Shown here in pieces: positions 51,301 through 62,500 of a stretch of DNA of 64,000 nt. The stretch lies in NCBI GenBank assembly GCA_000002445.1, contig CH464491.1:384001-448000 (forward strand). The letters run 5' to 3'. The notes under the pieces were generated by a model. The model worked only from the letters and a program-made list of their open reading frames with translations. It was not told the origin of the DNA and did not search any database. The translations under genes were made by a program, and so were the position numbers. Source of the DNA: Trypanosoma brucei (Eukaryota). How positions within the stretch are numbered: position 1 is the stretch's first letter; each line of letters opens with the position of its first letter.

Positions 51301-52105
51301 TACGGATGTATTCGACAATTTCTACCGTGAGTTGGAGGAAACGAATGCGAAGGAGGATAATGAATACACTTCTCCTACTGCATGTCTGGACCCCGAAGTG
51401 TACAGTCGGTTGTGGAGTGGTTTACGCGTACGCATTGGTATTCACACCGGGTTGTGTGATATTCGGCATGATGAAGTCACAAAAGGTTACGACTACTACG
51501 GTCCCGCCACCAACATGGCAGCACGCACGGAGAGTGTTGCTAACGGTGGGCAAGTATTAATAACACATGCAACTTATATGTCTCTGAGTGAGTCGGAGCG
51601 GCAACAGTTCGGTGTGACCGCACTCGGACCCGTGGCATTGCGTGGCGTTCCTCAACCGGTGCAGCTGTACCAGCTAAGTGCGGTACCGGGTCGTACCTTC
51701 GCACCCCTCCGCCTTGACCGGGAGTATTTCTTCGAAGATGAAAATGAGACCACCAACTCCACAAGCGAAAATAGCTCGTCACGTGCGGAGCTTGGTGAAT
51801 CGGCACAAATGATTATGACTTCACTTCAGATGTTGCTCAGTACCTTCAAGGGTCCGCAGCGTGAGAAATTGCTAACGCCGTACTGTGAGCGCTGGCGTGT
51901 GCCGCTACCCCGGAAGTGTACAAGAGTGTGGGATGAGGAATATTGTCAGGAGGTTATGCGTCGCATTGCTGCAAAGGTCGGGCACGTGGCGGACCACTGT
52001 GCGGTGGGCCAAAGCAATCACTCCACAAGTACACTGAGCAGCGCATCAGTGGTGATTATCTCCGAAAACAAAGCTTTCCTCGATACATGTTCTTCCATGC
52101 TTTGA
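48389..52105 (+). CDS. GRESAG4: Receptor-type adenylate cyclase (ESAG4/GRESAG4 family), 1238 aa.
   Basis: N-terminal signal/anchor (VIGSLLLLIMLTVGSLA). A large extracellular Venus-flytrap / periplasmic-binding-protein-like domain follows. There is a single TM (IAGIVMGSVIALMLFATLGVALLC). The cytoplasmic class III cyclase catalytic domain reads LIFTDIENSTAQWAAHPDLM…YEVKTIGDSFMIASK…GLRVRIGIHTGLCD…YYGPATNMAARTES. A C-terminal tail follows. Confidence 0.92.
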   Translation: MPAALCGLSSSAPHTRASSHRMRHVTLQRGAKVIGSLLLLIMLTVGSLARPIEATDVVTVKVLSLMYGAGSPNDVVDSLNAGLGASLAAREDEVSSMFKVSLIQPSSYDEPIEQLFNTTVERTNNELLVIVGPLGNQNVLWVQDRLEVHDLVAFAPLSYSDKTRGWNPHFYYPSVEPDAELLALVRYAIVFLRVPRVGFMYLKDTHFGETSLLFARDVMSMMGYKLCGTFAIEGGDDRSEDATFEAEWKQFVDTRPQAVLLFGSPHDLTAKFITKMVTDNRTAGAYVLTVSNMQNFLLKNWKKALEVAGANLKPGQIVITGTSPLAGDAQYEVIQRFQREMTKHLETNKDWGGFAKPGHFSTNHNDGELMVLGWLAGELLVRALVESVSLTNRTLFKASLYNQRRYLIDDMVIGDFGGECSEDAQRQGAVRRCNQGGNIVYMKKVVDQYHLEPLREGFLTWGTSRCFSEGVRVGAPLSGVVILASDHTVAHRANSRYFSGATALSRNDRIWEDDRLFLHPLESSLSGAATDLHDNRDKIVISAVFGVVTNDVLSTEGLIFFDPMVVFPQLSMFRRHVIHFFPTLAQELYVFARYLSHSESSFADAIIRSDEAGEIAKVLAMSLVTFGVSPGFGVFLDVASPIRESHLKRGGDTFVLGLTAPDVKLISKHLETHPEARVFITFTDLVLLYEEFISEFNATTNTKAQRLFFATSLPHWADNSSKSETITAYHRAIPDPKQWSPMSLRGFAVARVMQTLLVPMKKVNAALLAEQVFWQTSFVVDDMKYGPFNDVDCVANGVQLSSNCVWNYGATDIAVWSFARVLNPSLPVAEDPITPSMEYKKPREQLTSSEIAGIVMGSVIALMLFATLGVALLCSRRNKRDNDRAPREPTDPVTLIFTDIENSTAQWAAHPDLMTEAVAAHHRLIRALVLRHNCYEVKTIGDSFMIASKHPSQAVQLAADVQLMFLHNDWGTDVFDNFYRELEETNAKEDNEYTSPTACLDPEVYSRLWSGLRVRIGIHTGLCDIRHDEVTKGYDYYGPATNMAARTESVANGGQVLITHATYMSLSESERQQFGVTALGPVALRGVPQPVQLYQLSAVPGRTFAPLRLDREYFFEDENETTNSTSENSSSRAELGESAQMIMTSLQMLLSTFKGPQREKLLTPYCERWRVPLPRKCTRVWDEEYCQEVMRRIAAKVGHVADHCAVGQSNHSTSTLSSASVVIISENKAFLDTCSSML
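51067..51680 (+). other. Class III adenylyl cyclase catalytic domain; approximate bounds.
   Basis: The FTDIxxST … KTIGDxxM … GIHTG … NxAARxES motif series. Confidence 0.85.
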
Positions 52106-52219
52106 CGTCACGCCTGCACGTGTTTATGCGGACATATTAGCAGTTAAATATGTACGATCTTCCTCTGTATAGTCTAGTTATTAACCATTGAGTTAGCCAA
52201 GACCTGTTAACTTTCCGGT

Positions 52220-52340
52220 GTGAGCGTTCTTTTTTTCTTTTCTTTTTTTGTTTTCATTTTTTACTTTGAGTACTTTACAAATCAATAAGGCTTCGAAAAT
52301 GTTGTTTTCCTTTCTTTTTCCTTACTGCGTTACGGTAGCG
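52220..52340 (+). promoter_or_regulatory. Polypyrimidine-rich tract downstream of the adenylate cyclase gene. It is either a candidate polyadenylation or trans-splicing signal region with no obvious downstream CDS, or simply a U-rich 3'UTR.
   Basis: ttctttttttcttttctttttttgttttcattttttactttg … ttttcctttctttttccttactgcgttacgg. The first following + ORF (52616-52915) is low-complexity and unconvincing. Confidence 0.3.
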
Positions 52341-55071
52341 GCGTTTTTTTTATCTTTTTTAATAACCTCAGGGACCTCTATGTAATATGCCAATTAGTTA
52401 CATCTCTCTAGGATAGGCATAATTTCTCATGATGTATAAATATAAATATCTTTTTTTATTTTTATTTTTATGTATATGCTTATCTAATCTATGTATTTTA
52501 TTTTCTTGTTTCATTTCCTCTTATGACTATTAATGTTTTCATCTTACACTAATTTAAATTTTTTCCACCCCGTATTACCGAACACATTTGTCACATTGGG
52601 CTCCGGTTCGGGATTTTGAAGACGCCTGGCTCATGCCTTCCTCCACTGCATAACACTGCCCATAACCGTTTAGCGGCACATAATAATATAAATAGTAATA
52701 ACAATGACAATAATGATAAATGTTTTTTTCTCATGAGCGTTTGCGGTATTACCCATGTATTTTCTTTGTTTTTTTTTTCGTCATTATTGCCGTTATTTTC
52801 ATCACCAATTGTTTACTCTCAACCTCCCAATGACACTTCCCTCAGCCCAACTGAATGCGCCCATAGAGCGCTTACCGTAGTGTTTATTATTATTTTTTCT
52901 TCCGAATCAAGTTAGTATAAATTTACTCGTGTGTTTTAATTTGATTTAACCTTATGCGTAGCACAAATGCATAATATCTTAGCAGGTACTGTCTTGATTC
53001 ATTCTTATTCCATGGTACTCTCTGTGGTTCACCGTGTTGATGAAGCTTTTGTATATTTATATTCCCCATCATTTTGATAGTGCACGAAAAAGCTGTAACA
53101 TATCTTCATAGGTGAAATTTATGCATTATACTCCCAACTGCTTTTGTAGGTGAGGGATGAGGTGCGGAAGGAAAAATCTGCACTGGATCCTCTGAGGTGT
53201 GTGGTGGTTGTCGTTGATTGAATTATGATTTTCTTGTCGTGACCCCGCCGCCGGGGGAAATTTGGCAGTCTCTTTTCGACAAATGCGATATAGGCTTGTA
53301 TGTTGGGCTGGAAGATGGATCGCCTGTGGTGTGTTGGGCTTTCTTTATTTGGTGTGGAAGCTTTATGCGCATTTTTGTTGTTGTAGAGGTGGTGAAAATC
53401 ACATTTTATGCACTTGGTGGTAGAAGTATTGGGAGGGTTTTGATGTTTTTCATGCCCTTATTCACGCACTCGAATGGCGCCACCTCAGCCGGGGAACTCG
53501 GCTCTCTTCGAAGTGTCGCATTCTTTTTCCTCCGCTTGTCCATACAATACCTACTCGCAAGCTGGTGAAAATTAAGCCGCCAAGTCCCTCTCAACGGTAT
53601 GCGCATAATCCGTGCCTGGCAAAATCAACTATTCTGAAACACTGTCTGTAGACACAAAGGGCGGTTAAGGCGCTCATTTTCATGTTCCATTTACACTTCC
53701 TCCATCACACAATCAAACAAAAAACTTTCTCATTTTAGTGACAATGCCATTCGAACGGCGTCTTCGAGTATGCCAAAGCGGACCCATGTGCCCTACTCGG
53801 GCCGCAACGCCAGCAGCGCGTTATGGCCTTTACCAAGGGTTTACTGGGGAGTATAGTCGTTTCTCCATATTCCTGCATCATAGTTCCCTCTGGTTGTATT
53901 TCCCACTTTCTTTCTATAATCCTTCTGCGTTGGTTGACGAATGGATGTGTTACGTGGGCAGTTGCTCCATCACTGCGAAATGGTAGAAGGTGGGGGTGAT
54001 AAACCTTGAGGTGTCGGGTGAAAGCAACCCTTTTCCACGTTCTGTACCGCCACATTCTGTATTCGGGTGCGCCAACCGCCGGCTTGAGTGCTTTTTCGTC
54101 CACATTGGCAGAAACGGGGTGCAGGTTGCAGAGTCCTTTTATTTATTTATTTTTGTGGGTGCCATACTTTTCAAGACTTCTCAAACAATTTCCTCTGCAA
54201 TGCCGTCAGCCGCCTATTCGAGGTGAGTTTATCTTAAGGGAAATGAGGCGCATGACAACGTTGTTTTTTTTTCCACTTTACCCACAGCGAGGGCCTTCGC
54301 AGGGGCCGACGCATTGCCTGCGACAAAATGCCCAACTTTTGATATGCTTCGTTTCTTGTTGGGGAAAGATTTCAGTGCGAGCTTCGTTTGAAGAGCGAAA
54401 ACAATTATGTATCTACGCTTTAAAGGGCATTTGATCAAAAGAAAATACCTTTCCACAGAGTTTCTCGTTGTCGTTAGTGTGTCCGATGTTCCGGTTAAGG
54501 TTAACAACTGGAGTGTGGATGTTTCCCGCAACGCGAAGCATTTTCACTTGGTAGTGGAAGCGGTGGCGTCGTCGGAACATGTCTTTTCGTGAGACTTTCG
54601 AGGTGTGATAAGGAGTTGTGTAGCGGTTCCGCGCCTATGCGAGTGTAAAGCCTGCAGGCTGTTTTCTTCCCGCCGCCGCGGTTTCCTGCTATGTTCAAGT
54701 GAGGTTGTCTCGTTCCGTTCGAATGTTGTTGTGGAGTTCACCCCTGGTGACCGGCATTCCCTTTAGGCAGTGCAATTCACCTTAGTTATCTGACTACTAG
54801 CCTTATTTTGCTCTGTTATTTAAATATATATTTGATTGCCGTTACAATCTGACACTGTGCTGAGGAAGGTAATTGGGAGACATCTATGATAAAGTTCGCT
54901 TGTGTATTGAAAGGATGCAAGCTCCATTACAAAATAGGTAATGTGTTTTATTTCAACTGGTCGCTCGAGGCATGCTATCTCGTGCTTTAAATATTTTCTC
55001 AGCCTTATTTTTTCTAGTGTTCAACACCTGAAGTTGTTGCTGCTACTTTTCGTCGGAAGGAAGGCGTGGGT

Positions 55072-55898
55072 ATGTCCTTTTTCCAGTTGGATTGGGAATG
55101 TTCATATCAAGAGTATATGAAAATGATCTATCATCACGCAACGAACTATGTTCCGCCACGGGTTTCACAAGAGAGGCACCTCATCACTTGTAGGGAGCTG
55201 CTGAATGAAGCTCAGAGGGAATGCAAGGGAGGCAAGTATGATCTTTCCTTCTTTCACTACCTTCGGTGTATGGAGATTCTCACTAAGGTGGGGATACCCT
55301 CTACATACAAAGATTCAATGGTTCTGAAGAAGCAGTGTATGGATGCCATTGAAGCCCTCATGAATAGCGCTCTTAAAAATCACTATGAAAAAATGGTTAA
55401 AGAATTAAAGTCAAAGAAGGAAGGAGTTGATGCGGTTGACTATAAATTGTATGGCGACAGACTTGCCCACGTATCTGGGGGAAACAGCTAAAGATGGCTA
55501 CAGAATATGTCGTTTGATGAATCCACATGGGCAAGGCGTTGGGAATGCAAAGAGCAAAAGCACAAAGACTGCGAAAAGTTGTGTTACGAGGGTCAGCAGC
55601 GGGGTCGCGCTCATTTTTACTCTACGCACAACCGACCCCGAATATGCTTAGCGAAACGTCAGGTGCCGTGGTGGATATGTGCACCGATGAATTTTCTATT
55701 GATATCAAGGAGCCTTCTCCAGAAGATGCAATTGTCGTAGCCAGCCTGACTCTACGAAAAAAAAAAATGCAAAAGTGGCGCGAAGAAAAGAGGACAGCAG
55801 CAAAGCCACCGAAGAGAGCACAGTCCGGGGCATCCACATGCACACTCAATTTTAACAAACAAGAAACCAGATGGCCTCTAAAGATTAGTGAATGCTAA
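55072..55898 (+). pseudogene. Possible frameshifted or decayed gene. A 140-aa ORF with an MIT/USP8-dimerisation-like helical N-domain (55072-55491) continues in a different frame (55527-55898).
   Basis: This ORF has non-repetitive, coding-like composition, unlike most short ORFs in the region. It ends at TAA 55489-91. The text continues in frame +2 (MGKALGMQRAKAQRLRKVVLRG…EEKRTAAKPPKRAQ), and overlapping ORFs exist in all three + frames. The N-domain pattern (YDLSFFHYLRCMEILTKVGIPSTYKDS…KQCMDAIEAL) resembles AMSH/USP8 N-terminal helical domains. Confidence 0.25.
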
Positions 55899-55950
55899 AT
55901 TGTAGCGGTCACCGCATTGTCCTCACGCACCCCAAAGTTTTTCTTTTTTT

Positions 55951-55960
55951 GGGGGGGGGG
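55951..55960 (+). repeat. G10 homopolymer.
   Basis: gggggggggg. Confidence 0.9.
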
Positions 55961-56160
55961 CTCTACATCCTTAACTAATGCTAAACGTTGTGTCTTCCAG
56001 TCAGTGCGCTGCTGCACCACAGCAAATACAAAGCCAAAATGAATTGCATATAAAGGCAAAAGCCTCATACTAACATCATATGCCGACCCTGATAGTGGCT
56101 CGCGGCGTGCCGTGGCTGTTATTTGAAGGTGAAACAATACGAGCTCGAACAACAGATCCT

Positions 56161-56180
56161 ATATATATATATATATATAT
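56161..56180. repeat. (AT)10 microsatellite.
   Basis: atatatatatatatatatat. Confidence 0.9.
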
Positions 56181-59100
56181 GTACATATAAAGATTTGTGT
56201 ATCAACGGAGTTTTTTGTGACCGCAGTGTTTCCGACGACTGACCACGAATAGTCACTCCTGGAGCCAAACATCTCCTTCCAAACACATCCTCTGCGTAAA
56301 ATCACGGCCAATCATATTTTGAAAAATTATAATCGTGCCACTTCTGCTGGATTGGGAAACCGCCGACCGAACCTGCACATGAAGTTGGGTTCCGCGTTTG
56401 ACTTATCTCTGATAACACCCTTTTCACACATCCGGAGGTGCATGCGCTAAAGAGCTCGCCACAACGGAATTAACATGATATGAAAGCAAACGAACTCGCA
56501 GTCCCATTCCCGCCCGGTGCGTAATGGTCATCAATCAGACATCCGTTGGGGAAGAGTTTAAACGGATTGCACAGACGCCAAAACGAAGCAATTACATGTA
56601 GAAAAAAAAGGAATGAGGAAAGAAACCCTAGAGTCACATCGATATCGCAAGTGGGTAATGACCACAGATGGAGAAATCAACGCGTCGTTATCCGTCGGAG
56701 TCGGAACGCGACTTTCTTGGTCAAAGTCGAGGGAAGCCATAATGTCAGCACCGACTGTAGACCCCGTCCTTTCAGCTATGTACCAGAATCTGTAGCCTTT
56801 CCGACAGCACTACAGCAGCCGAATATCCAACGTACCCTCCGTAAACGAATTCCTATTTGCTAGCACTGACAGTTCATGCCTCGCAGCTACGCTAAACAAC
56901 GGCCAAATAAGCCAGAGAAGTTGAGCAAAGAAAGAAATGTGGATGAGGGCGCCTCACTATCCTAAAGCTGCATGATCGATACGTCGGCAATTTTAGCGAA
57001 GCCGCTGCGGAGTACAAGTTAACGAGTTGGCAGATGAATATGCAACGCAAGTTGTAGAAACCGGCGCATATGAGAAAACTTTAGCACTATAGCATACTTA
57101 CGCGAACCAGCCTCCACGAACGATGTGGAACCAAATCATTTCATATCTATAGCACCGATGTAAACTCGGGAAAATGGGTTCAAGGACGGAACACCTTGAA
57201 CTGAAACTCCTGGCGGCACCACACCATGTTGAAGTAAATACAAAAAAATATATCTTCACTACTCCCAAGAGGGCCGCTTTCTACAATATCCAAAGGAGGA
57301 CGTCAAAAATATATAAGACAGTCCGTGCACTGACCGTCCAGGCACGCAAACCACAAGACGATGGTTGACGCGAAACCACGGTCGATCTGGATTCGCACAT
57401 TGATTATTACAAAATTTTCAAATAGATTTAGAAGTTCAGAGCTAAATAAAACAAATGAATAAACATATATACACAACATCCCCTTTTATTTGCTTCCCTC
57501 ATGTCTCAATCTGTTTCTGTTTTCTTTATGCAACTATTTTGGAGCTGCTTCCGATGTGCCACTGCAGAATGAAAAAATGCTCATTGGAACAAATGCATGA
57601 GTTTGCATATAAATATCACACATAATTTATTTCATATTACGAGTGTTTGCAATATAATGGAAAACATGGAAAGGAAATGAATCAATGAATATGCGCCGCA
57701 GTTGTAAAAGGTTTGTGCTACTATTGTGCTTGCTTGTCTCAAAAACTCCTTCCCAATTGTTTAGTATGAAGCAAATTGTTGTAGCAGTTTAAATGAGAAA
57801 AAAGATACATAGTCCACTCTGTTTGTTCCAACAGCAATTTATCCTTTTTCAAAATGCTTCACACACAATACCAGAGAAAAATTACCTTTTTTTCTTGTCA
57901 GTACTGACATTCCTTCTTCGCAACGTACTCTGTAGAATTGGAAGTTTGAAACAATTGAAGGGACCTCCGCACACTCACGGAATGGCATCTGTTTTGCCTT
58001 CATAATGATAGTTTCATTCCTCCGCGGGTTGTGGCGTGATATCCTCCGCTTCTCCTCTTTTTTCCAGTTTTCGCGGTATTGGAGTCCATTCCCCCTCCCT
58101 TCATTCTTCCAAATAAATTATAAAGGTATCAAATGAAAGGGCTTTGAGGGCACTCGGCATTGACGAAAACACTACGAAGTTATTGTTCCCAATGGAATTT
58201 ATTCGTGAAGTGTAAGATACAAAGGAGGCCAAGTAGAGAAAATAATACAACCCAAAATGTCAGGGAACACGGGTATTTATTAGGAATGAACGTAGAACTA
58301 ACATGCGCAGATATGATACTGCAAAGACAACAATTTCGGCTAACATTTGTGTGCATGTTCAACTTTTACAACTGGAGAAATATTCACTACTAAAGTTTTC
58401 TCACAGTTGTAATAATAGCAATGCGTGAAAACACAAATACACGCTCCTCAAATGCATGATACAACCAGAGGTGTAAATAGCTCAAATGGTAGGATTCTCG
58501 ACACATGTGGAAACGAATTAACTCAACTAGCAATATTTTAGTTATATCGAAGCCTTACCACAATCGGTTCAGCTAAAATACTTCAAACGAGTCCTTCAAA
58601 ACCCCTGTTTGTTAATGCTTTTATTTATTTTATTCTGATGCCTGGTGAGCATATTTGGCTGCGATGGATTACTGCTGTACATGTTGGATGTGCGAAATCT
58701 TTCTCTAAATTCACAGAAATATATATCGTACCGTCTTTCATTTTACTACTCCCTTACATTCTCTCCAAACATACATAGATGATACCATAGTCATTATAGC
58801 TATTGAGGAAACTGATACCTTGGTCTTACATTGCCCTGGTCGTGGCCGAAACTTGCAACTTGATTTGTCGTGCATTCCGCTATCCATGCTGGAAGTTGTG
58901 TTGTGCAATATTTTCCCTCCGAGTTATGAGGTGTGATAACTGTCAGTCCTTCAGTTGTGCCCTACCAATCGAATCCATCAGCACTATTTTATTGCATCTC
59001 CTCATTCACTTCCCCTTTTACACAGACATATTTCTACCATTAAAAGTTAAAATGTGACTCATAAGCGATGATGAGACCACACCGAGTTGTTTTGCTATTA

Positions 59101-59505
59101 CCTCAGTAGCACCACATGAAAGCAAAGTGTTGGCTTTGCATTGCCCTTCTGTGCCAATAGTCGAAAACAGAAATATAGTGAGGAATGTTTGTTATTATTT
59201 GGAATCCTTTTATTGAGTGTGACTTTGGAATCGTAACATAATTGAAATAAGCAGAGAATGTGTCATCCCTCCCTTCCCATTAATTTTCTACATGTGCTGA
59301 GAGGAGATGAAAAGTGTTTTCAGTGTTTGAAGTTTTGACATTTCAGTGGCATAATACTTCAAGTTAGTGGAAATAAAATTGCATACCCAATGCCATTATG
59401 ATGCAAATACATTCAACTGACAGCATTCAATCATCTCATTGCCAAACTTTGTTTCGACTCTCAGAAATAATATTTTTAGTAGAAAACGGCTACCAAACAT
59501 AAGTA

Positions 59506-62500
59506 ATGGGAACTACAATGTCAGGAAACCAAGGAAGAAAGCGACAGCGCATCTCAACTCCTGAGCACTCAGAAGCTTTAAAGGAACCATCAACTTCTCA
59601 AAAAAATACACCAACCACCATTACAATCACCGAAGAAATGCGTGACTCCAGTAATGAAGGAACTTTGGTATCATTACTGAATGAGCGTGAGAAGTTGATT
59701 AAAGAAACACCACGGCTGGAAAGCAATGTGAAGGCATTCAGATATTTTATGAGTGGTCTCACAGCTATGAGTGTTGAAAGGCAAGGTGGTGTGTGTGATG
59801 ACGCCAAATGCATACGTACAGTAACGTTATATCATGCTGCTGATAATTCCTTTAGTGGCAAAGGACTAAATGAAGGTGCTCTTTCCTCACTCTGTGGTCG
59901 CATTCAAGCTGAGAAATTAACCATCACAATGTCAGAAGGTGAGAAATTTGACTTACAAGGAGTCAGTGAGCTAAAGCAGTTGGAAGAGTTACGCATTGAA
60001 TACCCACGTGGAAAACTTGTGAATATGATATCTTTGAAGAGACTGCACATGTTGAAAAGGCTTTATCTTAAGAGTAACAACATTGACGACAATGACGTTA
60101 GCCATTTATTCAATATTGTAACGTTGGAGGATTTGGTTGTTGCTGACACCATGCAACTGACAAATATCAAAGGAATCTCTCGCTTGACTAACCTGAAGTG
60201 TCTTGAGTTTAATTACACAAGCATTGATGATAGCTGTATAGAGGAAATATGTGAATGTGCTACACTTTCCAAGCTGAGTGTATCTGAATGCAACAGCCTC
60301 ACGGATGTAACACCAATTTCACAACTTGCAGCACTAGAAGAGTTGAATCTAAGCAATTGCTACCACATAACGAAGGGAATAGGAGCACTTGTAAGGTTGT
60401 TGCGACTGCGTGCACTTGACTTGAGTGGTGTCTCTGTGGAAGATAATTTTCTTAAGGATTTGTGTGATTGTGGACCGCTGGAAAGGCTGAACCTTTCTCA
60501 TTGCATTCAGTTGACAGATATCAATCCACTCTCCAACGCCACTGCTATTCAGGAATTGAACCTTAACCGTTGTCACCGAATAACACAGGGGATAAGCGTT
60601 GTGTGGGAATTACCAAAGCTACGCGTATTGCACATGAAGGACATGCACCTGAGCGAGTCATCTCTTGATTCGGTTGGAACTAGCGAATCACTTGTAAAAT
60701 TAAGTATTGAAAACTGTGCAGGTTTTGGTGACATGACACTCTTATCCAGCTTTGTTGCACTCGAGGAACTGAATATTCAAAAATGTGCTGATATCATTAG
60801 TGGTGTGGGTTGCCTTGGTACACTACCGTACCTGCGTGTACTTAACATAAAGGAAGCACACATCTCTTCCATTGGCTTTACTGGTATTGGTGCCTCAAAA
60901 TCCCTTTTACAGCTCACTATAGAGAGTACCACGGGACTGAGTGATGTGGAAGCACTCGCTAACATTTTAACTCTGGAAAAACTAAGCCTTCTCGGTTGCA
61001 ATGGTATTGACGCTGGAATTGGATGTCTCGGTAACCTGCCACAGCTTAAAGTGTTGGATCTGTCTGGTACAAATACTGACAGTGATTCTCTCAGAGGTCT
61101 ATGCGTATCACAGACAATAGTGTCACTCAACCTTTCCCATTGTTGGAAAGTAACAAGTGTGTTCCATATTTCAGCCCTTGAAACATTGAATGAACTGAAT
61201 TTAAGTGACTGTATTAGGATAAATGCAGGATGGGAAGCACTTGAAAAACTTCAGCAGCTACATGTGGCAATCCTCTCGAATACACATATTACTGATAGAG
61301 ACATATCTCATTTCAGCAAGTGCAAAGAACTTGTTACGCTGGATCTTTCTTTCTGCGATGAGTTATTTGATATTACATCCCTCTCCAACATCACTACGCT
61401 TGAGGATTTGAATCTTGATAATTGTTCAAAGATTAGAAAAGGGCTGAGTGTTCTTGGAGAGCTACCACGGCTTCGTGTGTTGAACGTGAAGGGTGTCCAC
61501 TTGACGAATTCTGTTATTGGATCACTAGGGAATGGCAAATCATTTGTCAAACTTATTCTTGATAATTGCAAAGGATTAAGTGATGTCACATTTCTTTCGA
61601 GCCTTTCAACACTTAAGGAACTGAATCTTCACCACTGTGACGCGGTAACCTCTGGAATTGGAACGCTGGGAAGGTTATTGCAGCTTCGTGTACTGGATTT
61701 GGGATGGACAAAAATTGATAATAATTCCCTTGAGGATATCTGCGCGTGCTCAAGCCCACTTGTATCATTAAACCTTTCGCATTGTAAGGAAATAACATCT
61801 ATTTCTGCGATAGCTTCCCTTAATGCATTGGAGAAACTCAACATTGACAACTGCTGTCATGTAACATCCGGCTGGAATGTATTTGGTACACTTCACCAAC
61901 TGCGTGTGGCCGTACTGTCGAACACACGAATTAATGATGAAAACATACGGCACATCAGCGAGTGCAAGTCTTTGAATACACTCAACCTCGCATTTTGTAA
62001 TGACATAACGGACATCACGGCACTTTCTAACATTACTATGCTCAGGGAATTGAACATTGATTGGTGCTTCAATATCGAGAAAGGTGTCGAAGCTCTTGGA
62101 AAGCTGCCTAAGCTTCGCGAGCTAGATGCAAAGAAATGTGGAACAAGTGTTAGATGGATGCAACAATATCCTTACAACACACTCTTCAAATCACTTGTGA
62201 AACTGAATCTCGAGAATGGACGTGAATCATTTTGTGTGGGAACTCTCTCCTCAACTGCTATAGTTGAAGAATTGCTGCTGGGACGCGCTTGTGAGCCGTA
62301 TCATCTACCCCCAATCTCCAGCCTAAGACGACTTCGTGTACTGAATTTGGATGATGGAAGGGTCTGTGACATATGGCTTGAGGGGATCTCTCAATCCAAG
62401 TCACTGCAGTCACTTAACGTATCAAACTGTAATTATATAACCGATATATCAGCATTATCTTCCCTATCAACGTTGGAGGAACTGAATGTTAACTGCTGCG

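Noticed and set aside
52106..59505. Searched by eye for tRNA T-loop consensus (GGTTCGAATCC and variants), spliced-leader RNA sequence (AACGCTATTATTAGAACAGTTTCTGTACTATATTG) and tandemly reiterated snoRNA-type units.
   Set aside because: No convincing matches found. An absence by eye is weak evidence, so the region is reported as an unexplained ORF desert rather than as RNA genes.
59506..59950. Looked for an ESAG8-type N-terminal C3HC4 RING finger in the LRR protein.
   Set aside because: No C-x2-C…H…C RING spacing is present, only a basic NLS-like stretch. The gene is therefore called an LRRP/GRESAG8-like protein rather than ESAG8 itself.
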